Assembly: GCA_951406725.2 (NCBI GenBank)
Contig: OX597816.1
Location: forward strand, 19,902,001 to 19,966,000
Origin: Octopus vulgaris
Taxonomy: Eukaryota
Direction: 5' to 3'
DNA: 64,000 nucleotides
Part shown: positions 25,794 through 39,148 of the stretch, piece by piece
Numbering within the stretch: position 1 is the first letter of the stretch
Layout: each line of letters opens with the position of its first letter
The notes under the pieces: generated by a model
Seen by the model: only the letters and a program-made list of their open reading frames with translations
The model's database searches: none
What the model was told of the DNA's origin: nothing
Made by a program: the position numbers and the translations under genes

Positions 25794-26286
25794 AGAATAT
25801 AATATTGTACATTGTCGGTCTACTCGATCAGAACAGACTTGAAGTTAAAGGAACAATAGACATTTAATCTATATTTCAATCACCAGAGCATATTCTAATA
25901 TTTGTATGTACTGCATTATTATTCTACTATGTCTCTGTTGATCTAAGTCACTTAAGTTGATTTCATATAATCTTTAACGTGGAAATGAGCAAAACGTGGA
26001 ATTCCAATAACAAAATTCGCATCACCAAATACAAATTGCCAAAGGGATCAACATATATTTCCATTTCTCCGCTTAAATATTATACTCCACTGACAAACTA
26101 GTCACACATAATATCTCACCTGAATTTGTACAAATGTGCTAATTTTCTCGATATCTTTTGTAAAAGCTTTAGTAAAGAGTAAATATATATATACTATATA
26201 TTATTTAATTGAACTCCACGCTTCCATTTCCAAGTAATCTATCTATCTATCTATCTATCGTTATATATATATATATATATATACAT

Positions 26287-26345
<59 letters not shown>

Positions 26346-26354
26346 TATATAAAT

Positions 26355-26587
26355 TGTTTTTGTCTTTTAATCATTTTTCAGTCAGTTGACTTTGGCTATG
26401 CTGGATCCCCGCCTTAAATCAAGTAAATCGACCCCAGATCTTATTCTATGTAAGACTAGTACTTATTCTATGGTTTCTTTTTTTTTTGATGAACCGCTAA
26501 GTTACGGGGACATAAATGCACCAACATCGGTTATCAAGCGATGGTGTGGGACAAACACGAAAACACAAGTACATGTCCCATTTTGTA

Positions 26588-26637
<50 letters not shown>

Positions 26638-26799
26638 GACGGGCGTCTTTCACTTTCCGTCTACCAAATCCACTCAGAAAGTTTTGGTCGGCCCGAGGCT
26701 ATAGTAGAAGACACTTGCACAAGGTCCCATGCACTGTGACAGAATTCGGAACCATGTGGTTGGAAATGAAGCTTCTTACCACACAGCCATTCCTGCGCC
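26355..26799 (-). mobile_element. SINE family A (older, diverged)
   Basis: gaaccgctaagttacgggg..(TA)n..ttccgtctaccaaatccactca..cacagccattcctgcgcc. Confidence 0.88.
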
Positions 26800-28540
26800 T
26801 ATATTATGGGTATGTGTGTGAGTGTGTGTGTGTCTGTGTGTGTTTATTTGCGTATGTGTGTATGCGTGTGACGGGCTTCCGCATTTTACGTGTAACAAAT
26901 TTTACATGGCATTAGCCATTAATCGACTTGCGCCTATAGGCATTCGTATTCGAGGGGGTTATTTATTGTTACAATCTCCTTGGTAACATGCTGATGAGAA
27001 CGGATGCGATGCGATTCTGTAGCATATGAATTATACTTCGATTGAAATCAACCTCAGCTCTTAAGTCAAAAATATCCTTGATCAATTTTACTCTATCTAT
27101 AGCGTTTACGTTGTTATTTGACATGTTTACAGCTCTATTTACACCGTTTATGATTGGACAAATCGAAATTTGCCCATCATTAATACTGACAATTATTTAT
27201 AACTGACTTCACAAGATTTTAAAACCTTTGATTTGTTGCCCAACATTTCATTGACATGACTATCGTACTCTCATAGCTTAGGTTAAGTTATGGTATAACC
27301 AGTCCAAAAACTTAAGTATTTGGCAGTCTCGTATAACTTCTCCAGTCGTTTAAATAACGTGAATATATATCGTCATATCTCCATTATCTAATAATGTGAT
27401 AATGAAAAGAATTAGGTATTATGTTCTTAAACGTCTTGAATAAGGACTAAATCCATTGACCGATATAATTAATACAACGAAACAACTTAGCAAAGGAAAG
27501 AAATTGAAGGCATGATTAAAATGCTTAAGATTGAAAGAGTTTTAAATCTTATCCATTCAAAAACTTGCCTATAAAGCAAAACTGAAAATAAAATGAATAT
27601 TTGTTTAAAACAAATTTAGCTATAATTATACGAGAGATTTAAAGACATGGTCGTTACAGCATTTGCATTGAAACAAATCTGAGTTGTACGTCTTCAAGAG
27701 CTTCAAGTGCGGAATGAAATGGATTGTATAATTAAAATGGTAAACAGTTTTGAAATTAATCGAATTGTTATCAATTCATAAAAATTAACTACGTAATATT
27801 GTAATCAAAATTCTATAAATCAACTTCAGATGAGGGGCAAAATGGAAGCCAGAATCTAAATATTCTGCATTGTTAATTCACAATAACTATGGCACTACAT
27901 TAAAATACGAATGTTAAGACGATATATAATTTTTTTTTTCTTTTTAAGAAAGACTTTAAAATTATACTCCAAAAATAAATATAGCAACATTTATACAGGT
28001 CCCAGAATTGCGTAGAAAAAGACAAAAAGACAAAAAGATTACTAGCGAGAGATAAGGGTAAGATAATTAAATAATTGTTCAAGGAAGCATCGAGAAGATT
28101 AGAAATTAGTAGGATTCCCGAAATGAGCATAACAAAACGAATCGGCCTTTAGGTGAGCGCTCTATCTGCTAGAAGTAGCAACCAAATCATTCGGTTTTAT
28201 AAAGAAGCGTAATGAATTTTCTAATCGTGAATTTCTTCAGGGAAGTGAAATATAGGGATCGCCGAGGAGAGGAGTCATATAAGCTTAAATATATTTGGTC
28301 GGGATTGATTTTGAACTGAAAATCAAGAACAATGAAACCTGTGCTACGTATCAGAACATGAGCTTTTATATGGCATTTCCAAGTCGTAGAAAACATATAA
28401 GTATTTTATAAAAAATATCCATCTGTTTTCAAGAAAGAATCAATGCCTATGATATAATCTTATATGTTAATTAATGTTTTTAATGATAGAACCGCTAAAT
28501 CAGGCCTGTTTTGCAACTAAAAGATACCGACTCAACATAC

Positions 28541-28645
28541 CTGCATGGATAATTGGCCAACAGGATAACAACGTTCTTCCCGTATTATACGCTCCTCTTT
28601 TAGAAAAGAGCATTTGTATTTGTCCTGTCCACTTGAACAATACAA
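28541..28645 (-). other. Candidate 105-bp internal exon of an unidentified gene
   Basis: Minus strand: acceptor ttttcccgacttttccgatttccttttcacag and donor CAG|gtatgt. Length divisible by 3. Phase 0 reads LYCSSGQDKYKCSFLKEERIIREERCYPVGQLSMQ. No homology recognised. Confidence 0.3.
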
Positions 28646-29700
28646 CTGTGAAAAGGAAATCGGAAAAGTCGGGAAAATCTTCATGAGAATTAATTGGATC
28701 ATTGGTGTAAGACAACACTAGCAAAAACAGTAAAAGATTACATACTAAAGCAACGAGACTATGTTTACGTAGATGCTGTCTATTACAAATTGCATCTAAG
28801 AACACATCAACGCCATCTAGTGTCTTAAAATTGCAGGTACTACATAACACGCTGTTTAATATGTGTTATACTGTAAGTAAAAACATTTCGGTCACGGTTA
28901 GAATACATTGCAACAAATATCTAGTCAGACAGGGTAGGGATTAAATATGTTTAACAGATAAATGGTTTTTAACATAATCTATATGAGACTGTATATAGAA
29001 GTACTATTATGCGTTTGAACATATTCTATAAGAAACTGTATATAGAAATGTTATATGTCACACACATATATATATATATATGAATGTTTAATATTCATAC
29101 GTGTATATGTTTTGAAAAGATTTCAAAAATAAAGGAAGTATAGGTTCGCTTTAGATGGTTTGTTTAGTGTGAAGCATTGTATTCAATTATGAAAGTAGTT
29201 GAAAGTGTAAGTGCCACGTAAATGTATTCTTTCCAAAATATAACTAATTTTTAAAAGATCAACGGTATATTCTAGCATTGTCTTCCCGTTGTCATCAGTT
29301 TCGTCGTCTTGCATATATAGTTATGATGTTTTTTCGTTTTGCAACAATTCTCTCACGTATAGTCACAAAGTTTGAGTAACTTCTTTTCGTGGTGTGCACA
29401 GTCAATTACATTGAATCAAGCGCATCACTGGTACTTGTTTTAACGACCTTAGACTTTGAACGTACAACGTATGACCGAAAGAAAGTGATGCTAAATAAAT
29501 TGTCCCGCGTGTTAAGGAGCTTGTCGGGTCGGCATTTGTCTTTTCTTGGCAATAATATAGAGCAGAGTTCGCACCTATGAATCTCCTCAAGTACAGTTGT
29601 AGGTATTCCCCAGACTTGCAAGTGAAATTCGATTGGTGAAAACAGGTAATCTACGTTTCTTAAGTCGTAGACCAAATCTGGTGTTTGATTTAATAGTACC

Positions 29701-30115
29701 TGTTTCTTTCTTACCCACAAGGAGCTAAACATAGAAGGGACAAACAAGGATAGACAAACGGATTAAGTCGATTACATCGACCCCAGTGCGTAACCGGTGC
29801 TTAATTTATCGAGCCCGAAAGGATGAACGGTAAAGTCGACCTCGGCGGAATTTGAACTCAGAACGTAACGGAAGACGAAATATCTATTTCTTTACTACCC
29901 ACAAGGGGCTAAACACAGAGGGGACAAACAAGGACAGACAAACGGATTAAGTCGATTATATCGACCCCAGTGCGTAACTGGTACTTATTTAATCGACCCC
30001 GAAAGGATGAAAGGCAAAGTCGACCTCGGCGGAATTTGAACTCAGAACGTAACGACAGACGAAATAGGCTATGCATTTCGCCTGACGTGCTAACGTTTCT
30101 GCCAGCTCGCCCTCT
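29701..30115 (-). mobile_element. SINE family B dimer (one head, two bodies) with 17-bp TSD
   Basis: Two tandem bodies of about 183 bp. TSD tttgatttaatagtacc at 29684-29700 and 30116-30132. Confidence 0.92.
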
Positions 30116-30814
30116 TTTGATTTAATAGTACCATTAGGCTATTGAATGTATTTAGTGAGGTACGCAAGGTTAAGTCCAGGCCAAACATCCAATTTGAAAA
30201 TTGCTCAGTATTTGATTAGTTACTCCTCTAACAGTAACAAGGGTGTTGGGGCATCAGAAATGCTCTTCCCAGCAACCGTATTAATTTTTGTAAAGTGACC
30301 CTGAAAATGATATTTAAAGTACACATCCTCCATCGTTTAAACTTTTAAATTTCTGCTATCTAAAAATACATTCAAACAGATAAAGATTATTAAAATATCA
30401 CTGATAATTAGTTCTCATTCGTTATGTTAATTATTGGTACGACTGCTTTCCAGAACTCAACCCACATTTTTGTTTTGGATGTGGAGGTTGTATGTGCGCC
30501 ACGTGTTAGTGTATATTCGTGTGTGTTCTCCTGGTTGTGTCTACGAGTGTGTGTGTGTGATGGTCTTTTTGTGGCCTTTGAATTAAGCGACTGGTTTCAC
30601 CAAGAAAATAGAACCGATTAATTTCGATTTTATAACAGGTGGAGAAGACCCATTTTTGGTGAGGCACGAAAATATTGAAAAGGTGACACACATATTGCTA
30701 TCTTTACTGACATTGAAACGGTTTTATATTGTTTAAACTTGTACACGTTACTGGCGAAGAAAGGATAATATGGGCGGAAGCAATATATTCTCTTTTCATT
30801 AATAAAAACGAAGA

Positions 30815-31000
30815 AAGCGACTAACTGGCAGAATCATTAGCCAAGTGTTTCGTCCGTCTTTGAGTCCTGAATTCAATTTCTTCTGAAGTCAAATTTGTTT
30901 TTCATTTTTTTCAGATCGATGAAAGAAGTACCAGTTGAGCATTGGTGTCGATGCAATTTACTTAAGCCCTTCCCAAAAATTTAAGTCTTTCTGCCTATAA
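30815..31000 (+). mobile_element. Decayed SINE family B
   Basis: aactggcagaatcattag..ttcgtccgtctt..aagtaccagttgagcattggtgtcgatg. Confidence 0.65.
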
Positions 31001-31729
31001 CGTAAAAAAGAATTGATCACCGGGGACTGGGTAAAATATTCATATTTTTCAACGGAGCTGGGATTCTATTAGACTGCGAACCGCTGGATTACTAAGGTAG
31101 CTCCGTATTTGATCCTCTGATATTTCACATCTCAACTAGTCTACCTCTAACAGCTATTACGTAATTTCTTGTGCACTCATTATCTTTTTTATTTCTGTCT
31201 ATGATTTGACTCTTTCATTTCCTCTCACTATATATCTATCAATATGTCTCTTCCTTTCTCGTTCTCACTCTCTCTTTCTTCCTCTCTCTCACTTCCTCTC
31301 ACATTCTCTTTAACTCTCTCTCTCTCGCTCTCTCTCTGTCATATCCTCTCTGTATATCCATCTAATTTCCACATATGATGCTTCATAGATTTTGGATAAG
31401 TTTAAGAGATATTTTGATAGCTTTAGGCAAGATGGCAAGATATTCTCATTTCACAGCATCAACAAAAGTACCGATAGAGAGAGATTATTATGTTGATAAG
31501 GCCAATCAGGATGATAATAACGAGGAAGAGAAGGAGAACAAAATGAACCAAAGTGAGATTGCAAGAATGGATAGAAAAAGAAAGAGAAGATGAAAAAAAA
31601 GCAACCACAAAAACAAAGGGAACGAGTCTGTGATGCTAAAAGAAGATCTATGAAAGAGATTGGAACAGTATGAAAGTAAATGGTAGTAAGTAGTGGAGGC
31701 GATGTAAACGGTATGCAAGTGTTATTACC

Positions 31730-32266
31730 ATTGTCATCGTCCGCGTCGCCATCGCCATCGCCATCATCACAACCATCATCATCATCCTGATCGTCATCGT
31801 CAATATTTAAAACATCATCAGGAAAAGCAGCATCATTATCTAATCCCGTCATCATTGCCGTTGTCATCGTCGTCGAAATTATACTACTGCCATTGCGGCT
31901 GGTATGACTACTACAAATACTACTACACCAACCCCTGCCGCTGCTGCTGCTTCTTCCACCATTTCTTCCTCCAACACCACCACCAATAGTACCACTGCCA
32001 CACTACTACTGCAATAAACACTTCTACTACTCCTATCCCTAATACTCCTCCGCCTACTCATCCTACTCCGCCTCCTCTTACTACTACTACTACTGATGAT
32101 GATAATAACAATGTTACTAATAATGATGATGATGATAATAATAATAATAACAATAATAATAATAATAATGATGATGATGATGCTAATAATAACGATAATA
32201 ATAATAATAATAATAATGATGATGATGAGGATGGTGATGCTAATAATAATAATAATAACAATAATG

Positions 32267-32300
<34 letters not shown>

Positions 32301-32401
32301 TGATGATGATCATAATAATAACGATAATAGTAATAATAACAATAATAATAACAATAATAATGATAATAATAATAATAATAATGATGATGCTAATAATAAC
32401 G

Positions 32402-32448
<47 letters not shown>

Positions 32449-32590
32449 TTTCTTCTCAATATTGTTGTAGCAACAATAATAACATCCCTGATAATAATAA
32501 TAAGAATAAGAAGAGCATTAATGATAACAGTAACCAAACTGAGCATTATCAGCTTTATTATTATCGTTTTCATCGCAGTAATCATCTTAT
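31730..32590. repeat. Compound trinucleotide low-complexity tract ((CAT)n, (CTA)n, (AAT/GAT)n)
   Basis: Directly visible; the poly-I/L/M ORFs here are read-throughs. Confidence 0.95.
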
Positions 32591-33154
32591 CTTCATGCGT
32601 TTTGTTTTAGCGTTCTTTTTTTTTTTTCATTTTATTTCGAGCAAAGTTTTTCGAAAACCAGCAATTAGTTTAATATGATATTTTTTTCTCTCTTAAGGAG
32701 AGGGGAAAAAGTTTAGTTTGTGTTTTGCGAATTTTTTTTTTTTTTGTTCTCTGAAATGATAACTAGGAAACTGTTGTATAGCGTAAAGCCTGCATATTCA
32801 TCACCGTCCCACCGCAGCCACCATCTTTTATTTCATAATAGTTTTTGAGATACGTTCATTGGTGGATCTGTGATGAATTGGTTCTGGTGTATTTGAACTT
32901 CATTTGATTTTGATACAGGCTCGAGTGGTGAACAGGCAATGAACTATAATTGCATTCGTTCTTCCTCCTTATCGACTTTCCGCTTCCGATATTATTAGGA
33001 TATTGAGGTTTTATATAAGATGTAATCACGGTGATAAATCCTGACACGATACAAATTATGCAAATCGTAAAAAAACACTTTGTCTACATAAATAGAACGC
33101 TAATTGAAAAAAACAAACCGATACACATTCACAAACACACCCACACGGAAACAG

Positions 33155-33209
<55 letters not shown>

Positions 33210-33396
33210 GTGTGGCTGATTGTGTATCTTACATACGCACACAAGTACGTAATATATAAATGGATACATATACACGTACACACATCTATATATGTACAGA
33301 TATGTGTGCAAGAGTATGTAAATATATACATATATGTATATTATACACATCTCAAAAACACACACACACACATATATATGTGTATATGTATGTGTC

Positions 33397-33431
<35 letters not shown>

Positions 33432-34294
33432 GCAGGCGCTGGCAGGGAGAGAGAGCGAGAAAGAAACAGTAATATAAATGGACTGTAATGTTCAATAAGT
33501 GTAATGGAGATGTTTGGGTATTATAAACGGCAAACAATATCGGAACAAATGAAGAAAGACCTCGAGAAATTCTAAATTTGAATGAAAAGTTTTTTTTTTG
33601 CGTTTTTATTATTTTTTTTTTTTTCAGATAGGGTGGGATAAAATTAAAAGAACAAATAAAGAAGATTTCGTATTCATTAAAAAAAATGAAAATACCCTTG
33701 GAAAAATAACGAAATAAATTTCCCTATTGAAGATAATTACGGTTATGGTGATGACGACAATGTTGATAAGATGTTTATTAGAAGCATAGTCGGTGCCAAA
33801 ATTGCCTATTGTTTTAACTCTTTATATTGTGTGGTTTATTATTTTTATCTCTTCGTTTAGTCGTTGTATTTTGAGACAATTCGAGGGGCGTACTTTTGTA
33901 TGTGTGTCATGTATACTTAAGTGAGCGTTTGGTAAATGTGAATATAAAAGATAGGGCTATAAACAATACACAGAGATAGTTTCAACTTTTATTGTCTTTT
34001 TAGGTTTTGCCATTGTTGTTCTCATTTCACCTCCAGCAGACATTATTTGAGTAGAAGTTCACTCGAAGCCACGGCAACTGCACCATTTCGTATCGTCTCC
34101 AATGGAAACGAACCAATACGACCACGCTGTACAAATGTAATTTTTATGAGGCTCGGATATTTGATGGGTTACAGAGAAATAGATTTGGCTGCTAGTTTTA
34201 GCATAACGAACAACAGAAAACATAGTTCATCTCGTTGTTGCTGCTGTATGTAATGGTGGTGTGGTGGTTTTACATTATCATTGGTATTCTCTGT

Positions 34295-34712
34295 TACTTT
34301 TCTTCTTTCTCTTCTTCCCCTTTTTCTTCTTCTACCACTTCCCCTTCTTCTTCTTCCACTTCATCCACCCATATACCTCCACCTTCCTCCTCCTCCTCCC
34401 CTCTTACGCTTCCCTTCCTCTTTCTCATCTTCTTCATCCACTTCCCCTTCCTCCTCTCTTCTTCCTCATCTTCTTCCTCTTCCTCTCCTTCCCCTTCCCC
34501 TTCCTCTTCATCTTCTTCCTCTTCTTCTTCTTCCTCTTCGTCTTCCTCCTCTTCTTCTTCCTCTTCATCTTCTTCCTATCATTCCTCTACTTCTTCATCT
34601 CCTTCCTCTTCTTCTTTCGCATCTTCTTCATCACCTTCTTCATCCCCTGCATCTACTTCATCTTCATCTTCATCTCTTCTTTTTTTACTTACACCACCAC
34701 TACAACAGGTAA

Positions 34713-34775
<63 letters not shown>

Positions 34776-35420
34776 GGTGCTACTACTACGCTGGTGGTGG
34801 GATTTCCTCCTACTTTAGCTTCTGACTCCACCATCGACGCCACCACCAAAACATTTACCACTACTAATACTACTACAAATATTAATACTAGCACCATTCA
34901 TAACTGTCACTACTACTCTTTCTGTTTCTTCAATTTATTCTGCTTCTTCTGTTCTTCATTCTTCTTCCGTTTCCCCTTGCCCTTCTCCCTCTACTTCCTC
35001 ATCTTTTTCTTCCTCCTTTTCTTCTTCTTCCTCTTATTCTCCTTCTTTCGCTTCTACCTCCTTCATCTTCTTCTTCCACGTCTTCTTCCACTTCTTCCTC
35101 ATCTTTTTCTTCTTCCTTTTCTTCTTCTTCCTCTTATTCTCCTTTCGCTTCTACCTCTCCTTCCTCTGCTCCTTCCTCTTATTCTCCTTCTTCTACTACT
35201 ACCACCACTATTACTACTACCATAACTACAACAACAGCAGCAACAACAACAACAACAACTACTACTACTCGTACTACTACTACTCGTACTACAACTACTA
35301 CTAATACTACTGCTACTACTACTACTACTTCCACGTCTATTTAGCTTTTCCTTCAATTAATACTGCAATGACTACTACTTTCACAACAAAAATGCTACTA
35401 CTGCTGCTACTACTGATAGT
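34295..35420. repeat. Compound (CTT/CCT)n, (CTA)n, (CAA)n tract
   Basis: Directly visible; strongly pyrimidine-skewed. Confidence 0.95.
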
Positions 35421-35804
35421 ATTATTTCTCTTGTTTTCTCATACGATTTTTCCGTTGTTTATCCATTTTATCTGACTATGTACCCTAGCACAGTTTTTAT
35501 CAGGAAAGTCTATTACTATAAAATGCTCAATAGTTGTACTTTTTTGTGTAGTGTATATTTTTATTTCTTTTCACTTCTAGTTAATTTGTTTTTAGGCATC
35601 AGGTTTTTTCTTTATTATGTTATTTTTTTCATTATATATTTTACTAATCTAAGATTTAAGGAAAAAAGAAGAAAAAAAACTCTTCTTCAGCACAAAATTA
35701 ATGGTTTATATATAGTTTGACTCCATTATCATAGTTGTGAGGAAATAATCGCATTACTTCTTTTGTTTACTGTGTGTGAAAATATATTTTAGACTATATG
35801 CTTG

Positions 35805-36310
<506 letters not shown>

Positions 36311-36607
36311 GTATACGCGTAAGTACATATACACTTGCATACAAACGTATACGTGTGTGGATACAGATTTACTTTAAGGCATATATTAAAACACGACTAT
36401 GTTCTGGATTGAAATTTTAACAATGGCGTATCGTTTTCTATGTTTTCACATTTAATTCTGTCAATTTCCCAAATAGGACATCGTATTTGCTCCAATGTTG
36501 TTGTACCTTACTCAGTACAAGTGGCCGGAACAATATGATTGGCAGGAATCACCGATGTAAATTAGATTTATATATTATCAATAGGTTCTATATTTTTGTT
36601 TGTCATA

Positions 36608-36728
36608 GGCGCAGGAGTGGCTGTGTGGTAAGTAGCTTGCTAACCAACCACATGGTTCCGGATTCAGTCCCACTGCGTGGCATCTTGGCCAAGTGTCTAC
36701 TATAGCCCCGGGCTATAAACCTGACGTA

Positions 36729-36779
<51 letters not shown>

Positions 36780-37013
36780 ATGTGTGTGTGTTTGTGTGTG
36801 TGTGTGTTTGTCCCCCTAGCATTGCTTGACAACCGATGCTGGTGTGTTTACGTCCCCGTCACTTAGCAGTTCGGCAAAAAGAGAACGATAGAATAAGTAC
36901 TGGGCTTACAAAGAATATGTCCCGGGGTCGATGTGCTCGACTAAAGGGGGTACTCCAGCATGGCCGCAGTCAAATGACTGAAACAAGTAAAAGAGTAAAA
37001 GAGAGTAAAGAGT
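36608..37013 (+). mobile_element. SINE family A with internal deletion
   Basis: Full head and tail. Lacks the ccaaagccttgtgagtggatttggtagacggaaac segment. Confidence 0.9.
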
Positions 37014-37294
37014 ATCTCGAGTCATTATATCTGATACCATAACGATTGCGCCAATTTGCTGGCATCTATTTTCCGAATTTCTGAGAGCATTTATTAAATA
37101 TTTAGAGTTGCAAATGCACCTCAATACAGACATTTTCGGATAAATTCCTGTAAATAATTGTTTGACATTCTACATTCAAGTGTGAAACACGACCAGGACT
37201 AATATTTCAATTCTTCAAACTCATCATCAAAATATGAAAAAACCTGTCAGGTATTGTTGTGAATACTATTGACAAATTGAAGAGAGAATCGTTC

Positions 37295-37713
37295 CCCCGC
37301 CGGGATAAAAGCTTACCGGCATTGCTTCCGACTTTGCGTTCTGAATTGAAATCCCACCGAGTTCTACTTCTTAGCCTTTCAGCATTTAGAGTCAATAAAA
37401 TAAGTATCGAGTGAATGTTTGATAGATTTGGTCGATTTATTCTCTCCTCACAAAATTGCTGGTGTTGTACCAAAATATGTGACCAACATTATTGATGAAC
37501 AGAAAGCGTTGAGCTGGCAAAACCATTACCGCACCGGCAAAAATGCTTAGCGTCATTTCGTCCGTCTTTACATTCTGAGTTCAAATTCCACCGAGGTCGA
37601 CTCTGCCTTACACGGTTTTGAAGTCCATAAACGAAGTATCAGTTAAAAACTAGAGTCGATGTAATCAATTCATCTTGTCCCTGGAAATTATTGAACTTGT
37701 GCCAAAATTTGAA
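37295..37713 (+). mobile_element. Two adjacent decayed SINE family B copies
   Basis: 37295-37480 and 37504-37713, both with ctga.tt.aaat.ccaccgag and the alternative ..gtgccaaaatttgaa-type tail. Confidence 0.7.
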
Positions 37714-38214
37714 GTGCCGAAGTGATGGCATAAATTTCATGTCTTTATGTGTAAATCAGCAATTAATTATCAAGCGATTGTAAGCTAAATGTTGAGGTGT
37801 ATAAACAAACTTACATTTTATGTGTTTTATTGGGGGAGGGGTGATGTTGTACCTTGCAAATTCGCATTCAAGTAAAATCACTGAAATGTGATGTATTTGT
37901 ATTGGAGCATCTGTAAAGATAAACACATCTGACGGTCAACAATGTATATATTTAATCATATGACACTATCTAGATATACCCCATCATCATTTCTGAATAA
38001 CTATATAGATCTATAAGTTAATAAAGGCTATGAGAGCATGAGCCTTCCAAACAATTTGCAAGACATTTGGAAGGTTTCATTTTATATTACTAAAAATATA
38101 AAAGCTAGAACACGAGTGTGGTCCCACCACAATACTTAATTAATTTTTGTAAATCTTTGGATACGTCTGGAGAGAGATTTACATAGTAAGTAAGTAACGT
38201 TGCCTTCTCAAGTT

Positions 38215-38435
38215 ATGCCGACTGACTAGGGCCGGTTTCCTGGTTTCCGTTGCGTATAAATTCCCCAACTGAATGGGACGCCAGTCGGTCCGACACAGGA
38301 TTACTCATTCTTCGCAGCTGAGTGGACTGGACCAACGTGAAAGTGTTTTGCTCAAGATCACAAGGCATCGCCCAGTCCAGGAATCGAAACCGCAATCCCC
38401 CGAACATGAGTCTAATACCCTGATCATTAAGCTAC
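38215..38435 (-). mobile_element. SINE head D + tail X variant
   Basis: Reverse complement contains ggtttcgattcctggactgggcga..ttgagcaaaacactttcacgttggtccagtccactcagctg..gactggcgtccc..gaaaccaggaaaccggccc. Confidence 0.8.
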
Positions 38436-38612
38436 AAGAGGGTGCTATATGCTTTTGTTCATATATGCATGCACATATATATGTGTGTGTGTGCGTGTGT
38501 GCGTATATATATATATATATATATAAACAACTAATAAGGGTGAGAAAATTGGCTGAAACCTAGCGGACCTATTTTTAGTGCTAGAGTAGACCACATAGTG
38601 GTTACTCTCTTA

Positions 38613-38643
<31 letters not shown>

Positions 38644-38647
<4 letters not shown>

Positions 38648-39148
38648 TGACGTATTTTTGCCATTTCAATATGGCTAACCCCTAAGGGTGGATGCTACTG
38701 TAGTTTTTAGCCCCAGGAGGACACACTCCTCCAGCTGGCCATAGACACACTATCTGTGTCCTGTCAGTATTTGCAAAGGGAAGTCATCCTTCCCGTCTTC
38801 AACTTATGATACACACGGACTCGAGTTTCGAGGTATTGACCTCTCGTCAGCGTGTGTCAATCATAGTTGTCGCCGAGAATTAGATTTCCTTCACAAATAC
38901 TTATACTTTTTCCAGCGTCCACTGTCGCTGATATTGAAAAAGTGAAATCAAACAATGATAAATATCAAAGTGAGTTATATACAGTAGCGGTAACACATCG
39001 TGACGTATTTTTGCCATTTCAATATGGCTAACCCCTAAGGGTGGATGCTACTGTAGTTTTTAGCCCCAGGAGGACACACTCCTCCAGCTGGCCATAGACA
39101 CACTATCTGTGTACTGTCAGTATTTGCAAAGGGAAGTCATCCTTCCCG
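38644..39148 (-). mobile_element. Retrozyme-like element: 353-bp unit plus 152-bp terminal redundancy, inserted in (TA)n
   Basis: 38644-38795 equals 38997-39148 with one mismatch. (TA)n on both sides. No ORF in the track. Hammerhead inside. Confidence 0.85.
38800..38869 (-). ncRNA. Type I hammerhead ribozyme with intact core
   Basis: Minus RNA: caacuaugau-ug-ACACACG CUGACGA GAGGU caau ACCUC GAAA CUCGAG UC^ CGUGUGU aucauaaguug. All core nucleotides present, GUC triplet, 7-bp stem I extended about 10 bp past a bulge, 5-bp stem II, palindromic stem III. Confidence 0.92.

Larger units (their letters stand above)
24395..26165. repeat. Large imperfect foldback: arms of about 540 bp each, 73-bp loop, interrupted by a SINE (left arm) and an RTE fragment (right arm)
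   Basis: 25085-25244 pairs with 25318-25476; 24981-25077 with 25807-25902; 24395-24670 with 25900-26165. Confidence 0.9.

Noticed and set aside
26988-27050. CTGATGA-GAA..TTC as a hammerhead
   Set aside because: No GAAA after the putative stem II and no stem III or cleavage triplet.
31375-35356. Poly-I, poly-L, poly-S and poly-D ORFs
   Set aside because: Trinucleotide repeats open in several frames on both strands, with no domain content.
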